Assembly (NCBI GenBank): GCA_001655205.1
Contig: LPNZ01006235.1
Coordinates: 1-45,002 of the forward strand
Direction of reading: 5' to 3'
DNA from: Lenisia limosa
Taxonomy: Eukaryota > Protista > Breviatea
DNA length: 45,002 bases
The translations under genes were made by a program, and so were the position numbers. Below the pieces are notes generated by a model, which saw nothing but the letters and a program-made list of their open reading frames with translations, was not told where the DNA came from and searched no databases. Shown here one piece after another: positions 1-11,964 of the stretch (position 1 is the stretch's first letter; every line of letters starts with the position of its first letter).

Positions 1-189
1 CGGGCGCGAGGAATGGAATTGTGAAAACTAGCTGGGTGTTTGTTGTACAATATTGGAAGGTTTTGTTGTTTCCCCTATTTCTCTAAGTTAATGTTTCCTA
101 TAATATATTACTTGTTTCGAATTTCATTGAGAAGGTTGCATAATAATAAAACTATTTGAGACATAAAAATTAATTTTCAGACATTGACA

Positions 190-3100
190 TTAGGACTTCA
201 TGATGACGGTCTAAAATTGTAAGCCGTGCCGCAACCTACATAGTACGACGAGTTGTCGATGTGCTCAAGACGCCATGGTTGGCTACGCGCGTGTTGAGAC
301 GCAACGTTCCGGATAGCGAAGTCCGTCCGAGCCTGAAACGGTGACTATTTCCAGAACTAACCTCGCCAAGATGAGCTGACTCAGCCATAGACTCTGCCGA
401 CTCCAAAGCCGTACCAGAGGCAATCATTCTGAAGTGTCATTGGGCGGGCGGCCTACTTTGGACATTTCATTGATGACGCGGCAAGGTTCATGGAGCCGCA
501 AGACACGCCGACTTTGAAGCCCTCTGAAGCCTGTGTTGTCAGAATCAGCCCCCTTGCGAAGTCCCTTTTACCAGTTTGGCGGCCACTGTCACTCCCTTCA
601 GGCCCTTGGTGATAGAAGCCAGACTTTTGACCGAAATGTCCGAGGGAGGCAGGACGAATATCACAGCTCTATGTCCTACGTGATTACACACAGTTATCGA
701 TGCCGATTCAAGCGGGGTTGGACCGCACGCTCACAACATACCCGAATGTTCGACAATGTGGAACTCCAGTCCTTGGACCAAGCGATGGACTGCATCACTC
801 AAATTTGTGTTACAGCGTGGGCTGAGAGCCTAGACCATAACACGGCCGACCTGACGTACCACTATGACTGTAACCTGCGAGTACGTTTCCATGGCCACGC
901 CAGCACCTCGGAGGATTCTCATGCCGATGCCGTACGGGACCTAAACTCATGACATACAATTCCCGCCAACCTGGTCGGCAATCTGGTTGTACGCGAATTG
1001 GGCCTGTTTTCCGCAGCTGATGGCCTTGTCGCGGCCGTTCGTCAATATTCTGCAGGCTGAGAGACAGGATAGGAACAACGGGAATATCCAAAGGACTAAA
1101 CCACCTACTGTGTGGACGAGGTGACAATGAGGCTTGACAGGTACCACATGATGGCCATGCCAGTTGCCAGGATGGGTGCGGAGTAGGCGGCCTCGTCACT
1201 CATTGGAGGCTGCAAAAGGAAGTTCACAAAAGGCGACACGAGGACAAGCACTGCTGCCAGGAACGTGGCCAGTGACCGGCTGCCATTGTTGGGCATGACT
1301 TCCGGTAGAGTGAGTACTAAGCAGAGGGCCAGAGCGGAGGAGCCGGGAAGGGACACGTCATACGCCAGCGACAGCGACACTGCAGCAAAGAACGAGATGA
1401 AGGCAATGGCTGATGTAGGGCCTTGGCTTTCGTGGACAAATGGGTCCTTTGGAGCCTTGATGAGAAGAACAAAGAATGCACTTATGAGCCACAAGGCCAC
1501 GACCTCAGAGGGGGCAGACTTGGTGAGACTCACAATCATGCAAACAACTGAGCTGATGAAATGAACAAGTCGATATATCGAGTTGTAGCGCTTTAATCTG
1601 GAGGTGTACTTTGTTTGAAGGTCACTGAGGCTATAGATTACATTGGTAGCTAGTATGCAGAGAGCAGGGTGTATGAACTTGACCGGTTTGGACACCGGCG
1701 AAGGGCTTTTTGATGAAGGCTTCGACTCGCTACTTTTGGTGTCCAACATGTCAGGAATGTTGAAGGCGTTTTCACCCATTATTGCGGCATTGTCACGGTA
1801 CTGGTTCATGTCACCAATAAGACTGGGACTATCAAGGGAAGAGTTCTTGAGCACTTTTAGACGGGAGTGGTACTTGTCCATGATTACTTTGTCTACAACA
1901 AACTCAGTTCCTCAAATCAGGGTATGATAATCTAGATAATGCACTTACCGTCACCTTGTTCAGTACTGCTATCCTAAACACGTAAACCAATAAGGGTGAC
2001 CAACGATGACCTCATCTTCATCAGACAGGCAGGTTGGTGGGCTCTCATCCACCATTTGATGAAGTAACTTCTCAAGAACCTCGGACATCTGAAAGTCAGA
2101 AACAACCAACATTGTACCTTCATTTCACCAGGAGCAACCGATTCACATTCCGCAGTAGCACAGTTGATGTATTCCTCCACTTCACTAGGGCTTGCCCTGT
2201 GTCGTCATTGCATGATGCTAATGCTGCTGCCTCCTGCAAAACTCACTTGGCAAGGTGGCCAACGAATGCCGAAGCCGCACATTTGGTCTTGTCAGTGCCC
2301 ATGGCAGCAATTTTGGCCAGACTTTCTTTCACCACCTCACATACCATTGCCACTTGGGGTGCATCGTCAGCCTTATAGATAAGCGGGTCCAATATCTCCA
2401 CAATGTCCTGATGAACTAACTTGGTTCAATTTGCCAAATTGTGGTGTATCTGGGAGTACGGGGCTGCTGTCATCCTGCGTTCGCCGGAAGTAGTCCAGAT
2501 AATTGTGGCTCAGAGCTGATAGGTGAGTCGCAAAATGTCACAAGTAAGGCAGCAGACATTCCTGCATGACAAGATTCTTCATGAAGTATTCATCAGGTGA
2601 TTTGTCAGTTGGAATTGGGGACAAAGGTCTCGGGGTAAGAGATTCGTGTGTTTCCACGTTGCTGTTGGAAATAGGCTTAAGGATTTGCCTTCCACTGCAC
2701 GCTACATTCATTAGCAAGGAAGAGCCTACTTGATGTTGCAACTGAGGCGGTGGACTGCTCTCGTTCCATTATGGGGTACGTGAATGTGTCGAAAGAAAGC
2801 ACAGTTTCCTTTCCAATGTACATAAATATCACATGTCCACTAATGGTAGAGTAGTCAAACTATAGAGGTAACCATATAGCCACCAAACCGATGGTGATGG
2901 CAGAAGTTGCATTGTGTCTCTAATCACTCGGTAGATCTCAGTAGCCGCATTTATTTTGCTCTTTGAATCCAAAACTCCCAAACTAAAAGTGGTAACAGCC
3001 TTCATTCCTTACGAGATTTTGAAAACAGCAATACTGACTGACATGCTTTTCAATTTCATTTTAGCTAAAAAAAAAAAGGTAAATGATGATTAAACTTACA

Positions 3101-6100
3101 ATCCCGAATTGAAAACCGATTTGATGACATAAATAAGTTGTTGCTATTCACTGAAACGGCGGCAGACAGGGCCTGTTTCTGTAATGTAGACAACAGTCCT
3201 ACTCTTTCGGAGGCCCTTTGAGCTACTGTGATGGTTCCAGAGGCAATTGTTAGCTCAGACCTGTGGAATGATAACCAACTTTTCGCACCTTGAGGAGGCA
3301 ATTGAATGTATGCAGAATACTGACAGCATTGACAGAATTGAAAACATACCAATATCAATGATTGTCATCGCTTGGAATTCTAAACGTTAACTCTGCGTAA
3401 TCTTACTCAGTAGAAGCATAACCATTGCAAATACCCATGAAATGAACAGCGCTCCAGTGTTTGAGAGTTGAGGGACAAGGGTAATGCAGTCAATAAAAGC
3501 AAGGGGTACCATCCAAATCACCTCCGATGACGACTGAAATGTCATTCTAATGATGGCCCTACGCTGATTTCGGTCGTAAAAATAAGACTGCTTGTAATGA
3601 GAATGCCAAGGTAGATGATTCTGAAGTTGAGTTAACCAGGCAAGTCACAAACCTAGAGAAGAAAATGCTAGCAGCTGCGACGTTGAGTGCAATTCCCAAA
3701 ACTGTGAGACTAGTAACGACTGATATGGCAAGCGCGGATGAGCTGAGTACAATGAAGAAGGCTGCTGCAATCAATGAGATCAGTATGATTGCGACTCGGC
3801 CAAATGACCCTGTTGAGGCGGTGGCTGTTACAAATGCCTTGCTCATGGCTGGTAACTGCTCGGTCTGGCTGCATTACAGGACAAAAGGACTTACAAAGTA
3901 ATTTCCCGCAAATAGAGGTTCCGTCGAAATACCGCTGTTTTCCGTGTCAAAGAGCACCTGGTACCAACTCGAGTCATTGATGCGCATAATTGGCAGGACC
4001 GATCTCTTTTAAAGTCAAATTATCTGTCAATTGACACCCTACCGGGTTATTGAGTCGAGCTTCTTCCTTCAGGAGGTTGGGAGTGGGTTTGAGTGGTGCT
4101 GAGGCGGCCACTGAAACAAAAGATTCGTGTGGAGAGTTCTAAGAGGTCACTACAAATCTGTACAAATATGTAACTGAGACAAAATCAATCATACTGGCAT
4201 CTGACATACAGATGGAGGTGAAACAGCGCTACTGTGATATCTTCGGTCGCGTTTTTGCCCTGATGATCTGCGGACTTTGGCTTTGGTGTTTGGCGTTTTA
4301 AATAGCTTGTTATATAAAACTCTTGCCTGGCTACCAGCCTTTGCCCTTCTCAACATTTGAATACCCTCCGTAACCTTATTTGAAGACATAAACTCAAGAC
4401 CGTACTCACAAATTAGCTAAATCGTGAATATTGTTATTTGGACAAACAGGGGAGTATTTATGTTCAAATCTGTGGCTGTTGCCTTTGCCTATGTAGAGTC
4501 GGAATCGGTCCTGGTTTTGATTTTCCATTTCCTGAATTTGAAGAGCAAACTTATGCGAATCATGCTCCCTCAGTCGGGCCATTTCCAAATACTGGAAGAA
4601 CTGCCAAGTTAAACACCAATTAACAAGATTACCTCCTCGTTTATCCAAATGTCCAAGCCAAGGATATCATTTCGATTTTTGTAGTTGTGCCAATTGAAGA
4701 GATCATGGAGTGTATCTGAATCCTTGACCTTCATTTGTGATTCCAATGGTATCGTTGAAGAGCCTGAACGATAAAGCCACCATGTAACCAACTTGGGTTG
4801 CTGTCGTTCATCATGCAAATCGTCATTGCAATTGGCGGAATTGGTTGGACCTGGAGGGGGTGATGTGATCTGAGTACTCACATTGTTGCTTTCTGTACCT
4901 GAAATAAAGCTGTTTTGCTTTTGGGGGACAGTGTAGCCTTCCCAAAGATTTTGACGTACAATGGTCTATATGACATAACAATTTCGGTCAAATAAAAATT
5001 TCGGTGCAAAATGCCTATTGAATCGAAGACAAACAGCCATTAAATTGACAATCTACACACCGGGAATATAGAATCAAGTTCAGGTGGGAAGCTTGCAGTT
5101 CTAAGCAGTATCAAGAACTTTTTCGCCCATTTCAGCGCATCTGTTGGCTTTGCAAAGGAAAGATGAAGCTCGTTCTTCTGAAGCACAAGTCCAGCCCTTG
5201 GGAATAAATAGACTCACCGCTTACCCGTATTTCGAAGCTGACGAAGAGGTCATCTCAATAATTGTTCCCCAGAGCATTTCCCAGCAGACACTTCCACAGT
5301 ATCTATTTGGTAATCATTGCTATAACCGTACCTTTCAACACTCGTTCGATTCTCAGGTGAAAGACCCATTGTGACATAAACTCCAGATGCAGATTCGAGA
5401 AGGGACGATTCCTTGGCTACCATTTTGTTGAACTTCTCACGCTTCGAAGTACTACAATATTACGGTTTCGCGTCTCATACTCCAAAATAGCGCGGGCCAC
5501 CACCTTGCTTGCCGCGAAATTTGACCCATGTGACTTCTTTGTAGAACCACTAAACTGCTTGAGTGGCTACTTTCACTTACATTGACATCGCCTTATTTGT
5601 GCTGTGAAGAATAACCTCAGGTTTTTGATCCTTTTTGTTTTCTGAGGAATAACAAGGGACAAATCTCACCATTTTTGTTACTTTGACTAAACACAAAAAT
5701 CACTACTAAGATGCCAGAAACGGATAAGATCGAAAGAGTCACAACAAGGGTTCCAACACGCTAAAAAATGACAAGAATGTTGAAACTTACAGCTAAAACA
5801 TCATTATTAGAGTTAGCTAGATTGGCTACCACTTGCAATAGAATGTAGCAATTTACACACCCTAGACTGATCATCTACAGAGTAAACAGGAAAAGACTTG
5901 CAAACTTCATTTAAAGAGTCAACTTTCTTGAACGTTGGCTTTCTGATACTTTGGAATGCCTGGGCAGCGCACAGCACACTTAGACAAAGGAAACCCTTTA
6001 GCTAAAACAGTGAGAAGACAAAAAGCTTCATACACTTGGTGGAGCCTCTGAAAATGCCACCGTTGTACTCAGCAAACCCATTCGAAGCTACAATTCGTCA

Positions 6101-9100
6101 GTGTGTGTTTCATTGAGCTCTTACAAAGTATGAAGCAGATGACAGTTTACAATCTCGGAAGAAGCGCTGGTACATGATTCCAATACTGTTGTGAATAAGC
6201 TGGTTTGACAGGAGATTCTCATCATCCGCTATTTGGATAGCAAGAAGAAGAGTAATTGGCGCCCCAATGCCAAAGACCATCATTATCACAAAGCCAAGTG
6301 TAACTCTTCGGTCCCAATCCTCTGTGTAGCACTCCAAATCTGAACCATTACATATTTACGCAATAATTACCCCATCAACACCTCCCCACTTGTGTTGTCG
6401 GTTTGGACAATAATACCTCTACCAAGCTCAGTGCACATCATTGGAGCACCAGCCGTGTATATAATAAACGGATACGTAAACAGAAGAAGTGTGGTTCCAG
6501 CTGAAATGATGTAGGTGGCAATTTTCTGAAGGTCCGAGCGTTTGGAGGTTACTGACTGAGACGTACGACTACCGACTGGAATGTCGGCTAAGTCGGGTGT
6601 GTGAAAGAAGATAACCTGGGAATTAATTCACAGTAAGTGCACTTACTCTCATATTGAGATCAATTTGCGAGAAAATAGAGAAGGGAAGCATGTTGGTTAA
6701 TGGGACAAACCACATTATGGCTGCCAGGACATAGACACCGCCAATAATGCAAGGTAAAACTGACATGGAAATAACCCATGAGAGTTCAGGGCTGATGTCA
6801 AAAACACACTCCAGAGGAACAGCCGTGTAGGAAAGCTAAGACGTCAGCAAAAGATTCAAGCCCACCTCAAGCCAGGCGAACAAGTTAAGGAAACCAAGGA
6901 ATGCATCAGACCAGAAGAGTTTAATGTGCGATAACATCACCATCACCTTCATATAAACTTAAAAAATGACTTACTTGAACTAAAGACACTAGTGGAAGAA
7001 CAATACTCATATCCAAAGCCCGATAACCAAGGAATATTGTAATAAAAATGACAGCCAGGATTGAAATTGTGATGCATCCCAAATGTACAAGCTAAAATGT
7101 CATTTGTAGTGGCACAAACCATTGATGATGAACATTCTTGGCAACTACCCTTGTACCAATGTCTTCCTGGCTGGCATTGGTGACAAGCCAAACCCGTGAA
7201 GCCATCAGCACAAGTCGCTGCAAGACATGTGTCAAGGGGGCATTGTTTGATAACAGCCTTTCCATCAGTAGAGTATGCCGGAAGGAAGTAGCCTGGTTCT
7301 GGAACTATTTCTCCAAATTGACAAATTGCATTCGGTACACAAGCTCTAGAAGACGTTAGAGAAGGTCACATGAATACTTGCATGTGAACGTTGATCCTTT
7401 TGACACAGTGTAGGTATTGTTTTGGCACCTGGAAGTTAAGAGAACATAGTCACAAACATGCAGTTGTCAATGGACAGTCCCAGTTTTGAGTCGTCAACTT
7501 GGCTGAATTTAGGACATTCCTTGAATGTTAATCAATATTTGCCGCACGTACAACGCATGATGGTGAGGAACCTCCACGGTAGTAAAACGACTTTGGACAC
7601 AAGTTGCAGGTTAATGAGCTAGAAGCAACATAACCAATGGGGCACTTTGGCAGGACACGAATAAAAGACGGTGAATTTGCTGCCTGTTCATTTTTGACCT
7701 GGTCGCATGAGAAGAAGAACCGACAAACCTTGACTTCGAATATAATCATTCCAGATTCTGTCATTCCAGATTCAAATAACATTGATGTTCCTGAAAGGTC
7801 TACCGACTTCGTGAAATTGACAGTGAAATGATCCAAGTCTTGAATATTAATAAATTGTGCCAAACCTTGGTTAGATGCTCTGATTATTCGCAATTCAACC
7901 TGGGAGCTATCACACTGGGCAACATTATGAAATTGGTCTTTGCAATTGAGCGTTATTATGGCTGAATGCCCCGTGAAAACGGAATTACTCATCTGAAGAG
8001 TCAAAGATTTGACACTACATACAGTTAGAGCTGACGATCTACTAATTTCACCAGCAATAGTTGAGAATCCAATATCTGAACCAAGGGGCTGCCCAGATAC
8101 TAGTGAAACGGAAACAAAAAATACACCAGTCCGTGTTGGGGCAGGTGATCTAATTTGTAATAAAGACACACACCTTACTTAAATCGAAGCTTGTTTTCGG
8201 AAGTTACTTCAGTGAAATCGGCTTGTACTCCAGCAACCAAGACCTGAATGTAATTTTCATAGCCTGAGGCAATGTTATCGTGTAAAGTGCTGAGAAGGAT
8301 GACGTCAACTACCACATCAGTTCCGACAATGACAACGTTATCAACAACGCTACATCATAAAATGACTGAAAAGTGCTTACGAAAAAGATGATGTTACTGC
8401 GTTGATTGGCAGAAGATCAACAGGTGGAGCCAGACCTCCGGGACAACTCTTGTCGTTAGGACACGGAAGACAGGTTGAGTCAAGGTAGTAATTGGGAAGA
8501 CATGAGATGGTTGTTGTGTTGAATAAGCACATCATTCCAGAAGCACATATGGTGCAAACTATAGCGGTCAAATGAAAGCCAGTCAAACCGTCAAGAGATT
8601 CTTCAATGAAGCCTTCAGGGCAACCACAACTGTGAACTAAATAACTTCCAACTGAACTTGTTTTGTTGCCAGGACAGGGTTTACAAGCCAAACCATTGGA
8701 ATAAGTTGCAATGCCGCACTCAACACATTCATAATCTACGATGACCGAACCTGATGAACAGGTTTGGCAAAGACCATCAATCAAAAGAGTGTTATTGGAA
8801 CAGTAAGAACACACTGAATCCAAAACGGTAATCTCTTCTCCAGAGTAGTGTTGGACTAAAGACTGCTGGATTGAGGTGACGGAGTACTCAAGCTGCCCTG
8901 ACAGTGCAGACCCATTTGGACACTTCACACATGGGCCAGTGTGTGGTGTGAGTGATATTTCGGCAGGCCCGCATTCAACGTTTTTGACTGCTACCATTTG
9001 GGAAAGAGTGAGGTTTGAAGACTCCATCTTTAGTCGGACAAACGTAAAAGCCCCTTCTGAGCACTGAACGCTGGCATCTGCAATTTCACAACAATGACCA

Positions 9101-10577
9101 CATACCGGTAAAGTTACAGTTTTTATTGTCAACTATCTCGATTTTTGTGTTTGAAAGAAGAACGCCTGTGAAATTATTTGGACTCAAGCTGCTAGGTAAG
9201 AATACGACCTCCAATGCTGGTGTCGCCATACCACCTTAAAATAATCAAAGAATATCTGAACAAACCATTTTGGCAGGCATATTTCAGAGTTTCTGCTGTT
9301 GAAGACATTGAATCAAGAACAGGTTTCAAAATTGCCTGTTGAGAAAGGGAGGGTGGCCCGACTATTTCAAAACTCACAGGACCACTTGACAAGTCAACAT
9401 CAGTCTGAATGTTAATTCCAGCTCATTCTTACCAAATTGGCATGGCAGGTTACAATTGAAACACCAGCAATCGAAACACTCAGTGTGCAGTTGATGTCGT
9501 CCTTGAATTCAATTCCAGCTAAGACACTTGGGTTGAGAACTTTCTTATACTCCTGGGGGGTGGCAAACACATTTTGCCACTCTTCCACTCTCACATTAAA
9601 GGACAACCTTGGGCCAAGTTTTGAATAGGACAACCAAGTTGCCTCAGTCATTAGCTGGATTTCTGTGTTATTTGTGATATCAGGCCCGTTTTGAGGTAGT
9701 AGGCTGCTAAAGTAGAGCTGACAACTGAGAGAGAGGTCATTGAAAGCAGCTGTAGCATTGCAGGGTTGACAGTTATTGTCATGATCTCTACCAAAAACAC
9801 AGTTAAAACTTCCATCATGATGGCAGATTGTCCCCTCAGGGCAATCCACACAGTCAGTCCCATTCATCATGAGTCCATTGATGCACTTGCAATCATTGAT
9901 ACTGGTTTGACCCGTTTCAAAGGTACCAGAGTTATCTGGACAGTTGATGCAAACGTTGCTGTCCTCGTATGTTCCTAGATTGTGATTTTGCAAAATTCTA
10001 ACCTAAAGGGCACTTGATGCATTCTGAAGTGAAAGCGTTGCGGTAGTAGCCGGCTAGAAGGCTGATACATGCATTGGTACCGTTGAGGAAGCACTTAGTA
10101 ACCTCGCAATTGAGCTGGAACTGAAACGACGCCTCCACTGCGGTCGTGTCGCTTGTCACCACATTGACATCAGAAAATGGGTAGAACTGCTGGTCGCCGC
10201 TAACGACGACAGACTTGAGCTGGACCAGGCCGGGGGCAGGGTCGGACTCCACTACGGTCAGGTCATGGTCGCCGATGCGGAGGGAGGCTTGACCGCCGTA
10301 CGGCATTGTTGGTGCCGTGTCAAGAGCATAGACGTCATACTCAAACCCTCCATTGTTCGTTAGGTAGTCGCCTTTGTATGAAAGGGCAACTTTATCACCC
10401 TGGGGTGTCAGCGATACATTGAACTTACTAATCCTCTTCTCCTGTCAGCGAGATTGTGTGCTGCTTGCTTAAGTGTGAAACATTGAGTTGATGCTGGCTG
10501 TAGACAAGTTTATTTATCAGTTATTGATATGCATCAAAATCGCCAAAAAAACTCGCTTACTCCGAAACTTGCTCCAT
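190..10577 (-). CDS. Giant multi-exon receptor: Cys-rich GCC2/GCC3 ectodomain, multi-TM region, pseudo-cyclase, TM cluster, pseudo-cyclase C1, TM cluster, pseudo-cyclase C2
   Basis: Minus-strand ORF fragments (9998-10306, 9412-9993, 8377-9132, 7528-8169, 6110-6337, 4609-4881, 3559-3846, 1105-1881, 236-427) can be joined through short GT-AG introns, e.g. 941-970 (30 nt). No AT-rich intergenic block interrupts the region. The 5' end is unresolved: the ATG at 10577 is tentative and I see no clear signal peptide. The stop is at 190 or 198 depending on the last intron. Confidence 0.65.
200..1040 (-). other. Degenerate class III cyclase domain (C2 position) after a TM cluster at ~1110-1700
   Basis: Spliced sequence IADQ|VPYGIGMRILRGAGVAMETYSQVTVIV...HIVEHSGHRAV...FKVGVSCGSMNL...MIASGTALESAESMAESAHLGE. 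It parallels LPxSVAxRLxRGxxVxAETFxxVTILF...VETIGDAY...RIGIHSG...FGDTVNTASRMES. Confidence 0.65.
2040..3030 (-). other. Degenerate class III cyclase domain (C1 position) after a TM cluster at ~3300-3840
   Basis: KAVTTFSLGV...YSTISGHVIFMY...CAASAFVGHLAK|ASPSEVEEYINCATAECESVAPGEMK|MSEVLEKLL. The last part parallels DTVNTASRMESTGEPGKIHISETTYELL. Confidence 0.5.
4570..5390 (-). other. Degenerate class III cyclase domain, fungal/trypanosome/amoebozoan type
   Basis: Spliced sequence VTMGLSPENRT...ASKYGAGLVLQKNELHLSFAKPTDALKWAKKFLILLRTASFPPEL...GLDIWINEEFFQYL. It parallels the consensus VTLVFTDIENST...KYGGYEVKTEGDAFMVAF...AVRWC...WPEEL...GGQILVSEE. Both metal-binding Asp positions are replaced. Confidence 0.6.
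6960..10442 (-). other. Ectodomain: GCC2/GCC3 (ephrin-receptor-like) Cys-rich repeats interspersed with Ig/filamin-like beta domains
   Basis: Motifs GTYEDSNVCINCPDNSGTFETGQTSINDCKC and CKPCPGNKTSSVGSYLVHSCGC; ITLNCKDQFHN (filamin-like); membrane-proximal CADGFTGLACHQCQPG. Confidence 0.75.
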
Positions 10578-10948
10578 TAAGAAAGGCGATGAAGACTAGA
10601 TCAGGTGAGAACGACAACAGCGAAGTCGATAAGCGCTAATTTAAGAGCATATTTATCAATATAGTAACGAATACATTTTTATTTAAGGAAATAGGGAACA
10701 AAAGGGAACATATCGCTGAGAATCTAATTTAGTGAAGCCCTTGTACATACCTAAAAGTCCCAAGAAGAGCGAAGTTTGCGCCCTCTTCATTATATGTTAT
10801 TCTACTACATAAATTATTGGTCAATTATTGCTATAAGTCGATGTCCAAATTGCCACCAAAAACAAAAAGGCACCTGCGCCGGCGGAAACCACCTTTTCAC
10901 TAATTTTTTTTATTTTTTTTCCCTCGTTTTACCAGCAGAGTTAACAGG

Positions 10949-11875
10949 ATGTACTTGTTTAACTGGTTTTTCGACATCTTGAACATTCTTGGTGAGTACT
11001 CTTTTTGACAATTTCCTTACAGCCAGGACTCTCGTCCAAAAATGCCAAAATCCTCTTCTTGGGCGTTGATAATGCTGGAAAAACGTTTGTCATATTTTTT
11101 TTTTTTTTTTTTTTTTNNNNNNNNNNNNNNNNNNNNNNNNNNNNNNNNNNNNNNNNNNNNNNNNNNNNNNCAATAAGCTCGCTATCCACCCTCCCACAAT
11201 CCACCCTAGTAAGCCAGAAACTGTTGCCATATTTTCTACTTCTTTCAAAGCTCACCTTCTTCTTCAGCCATGGAAGAACTGAACATTGGAAAGATCAAGT
11301 TCAAGACCTTTGATGTTGGAGGACATGAACAAGGTTTGCCTCCTTCGTTCTCCTTATCCTATCAGCTCGCAGTGTCTGGAAGGACTACTTCACTTCAGTC
11401 GATGCTGTTGTTTATATTATTGATTCAAGTGCTCGTGAACGTTTCCGGGAATCAAAATTTGAATTTGATGTGAGCCTGTGAAAAATTTATTTTTCTCTTC
11501 ATGTGCTATATAATAGATAGTTGCTCATCAATTCAGGCCCTGATGACTCAAGACGAGCTCAAGGATGTGCCTTTTGTTATTCTTGGCAACAAGATTGATT
11601 TGCCCGGCGCTGCTTCGCCTGAAGAGATCAAGAACGCTTTCGGTCTCCACGCTATGTGTACCGGACAAGTGAGGACTCTTATCCACCCCCCCCCCACTAT
11701 GAGAGGATAGTTTTTATTCCTTAGGGACCAGTCAACGGTGACGCTCGACCGGTTGAGCTCTTCATGTGTTCAATTAAAAGATCGCTCGGGTACAATGAAG
11801 GTAAGGTTGTGTGGTCCTCTCTCGTTCACCTTTCACCATCTAGCTTTCCAATGGCTTTCACAACACATCAACTAA
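10949..11875 (+). CDS. SAR1: Small GTPase Sar1 (COPII)
   Basis: [15 protein letters not shown]..., [59 protein letters not shown]. One exon boundary lies in the N-gap at 11117-11170. Confidence 0.97.
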
Positions 11876-11964
11876 GTTATGCACCAATTTAATACATTTT
11901 CTTTCCTTTTTTCCTTTTCTGGTTAAATGATACGAGGATAAATAATAATACATTCAAAAGAGAT

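Noticed and set aside
533-952. 139-aa plus-strand ORF
   Set aside because: It lies antisense to the spliced C2 pseudo-cyclase exons and has no recognisable motif, so it is a shadow ORF.
10440-10660. Hydrophobic frame MLLN*RLSTSLLSFSPDLVFIAFL upstream of the receptor, hinting at TAG readthrough or an alternative code
   Set aside because: TAG, TAA and TGA all terminate well-supported genes here (secreted repeat protein, SAR1, IES6). An unresolved 5' exon structure is a simpler explanation.
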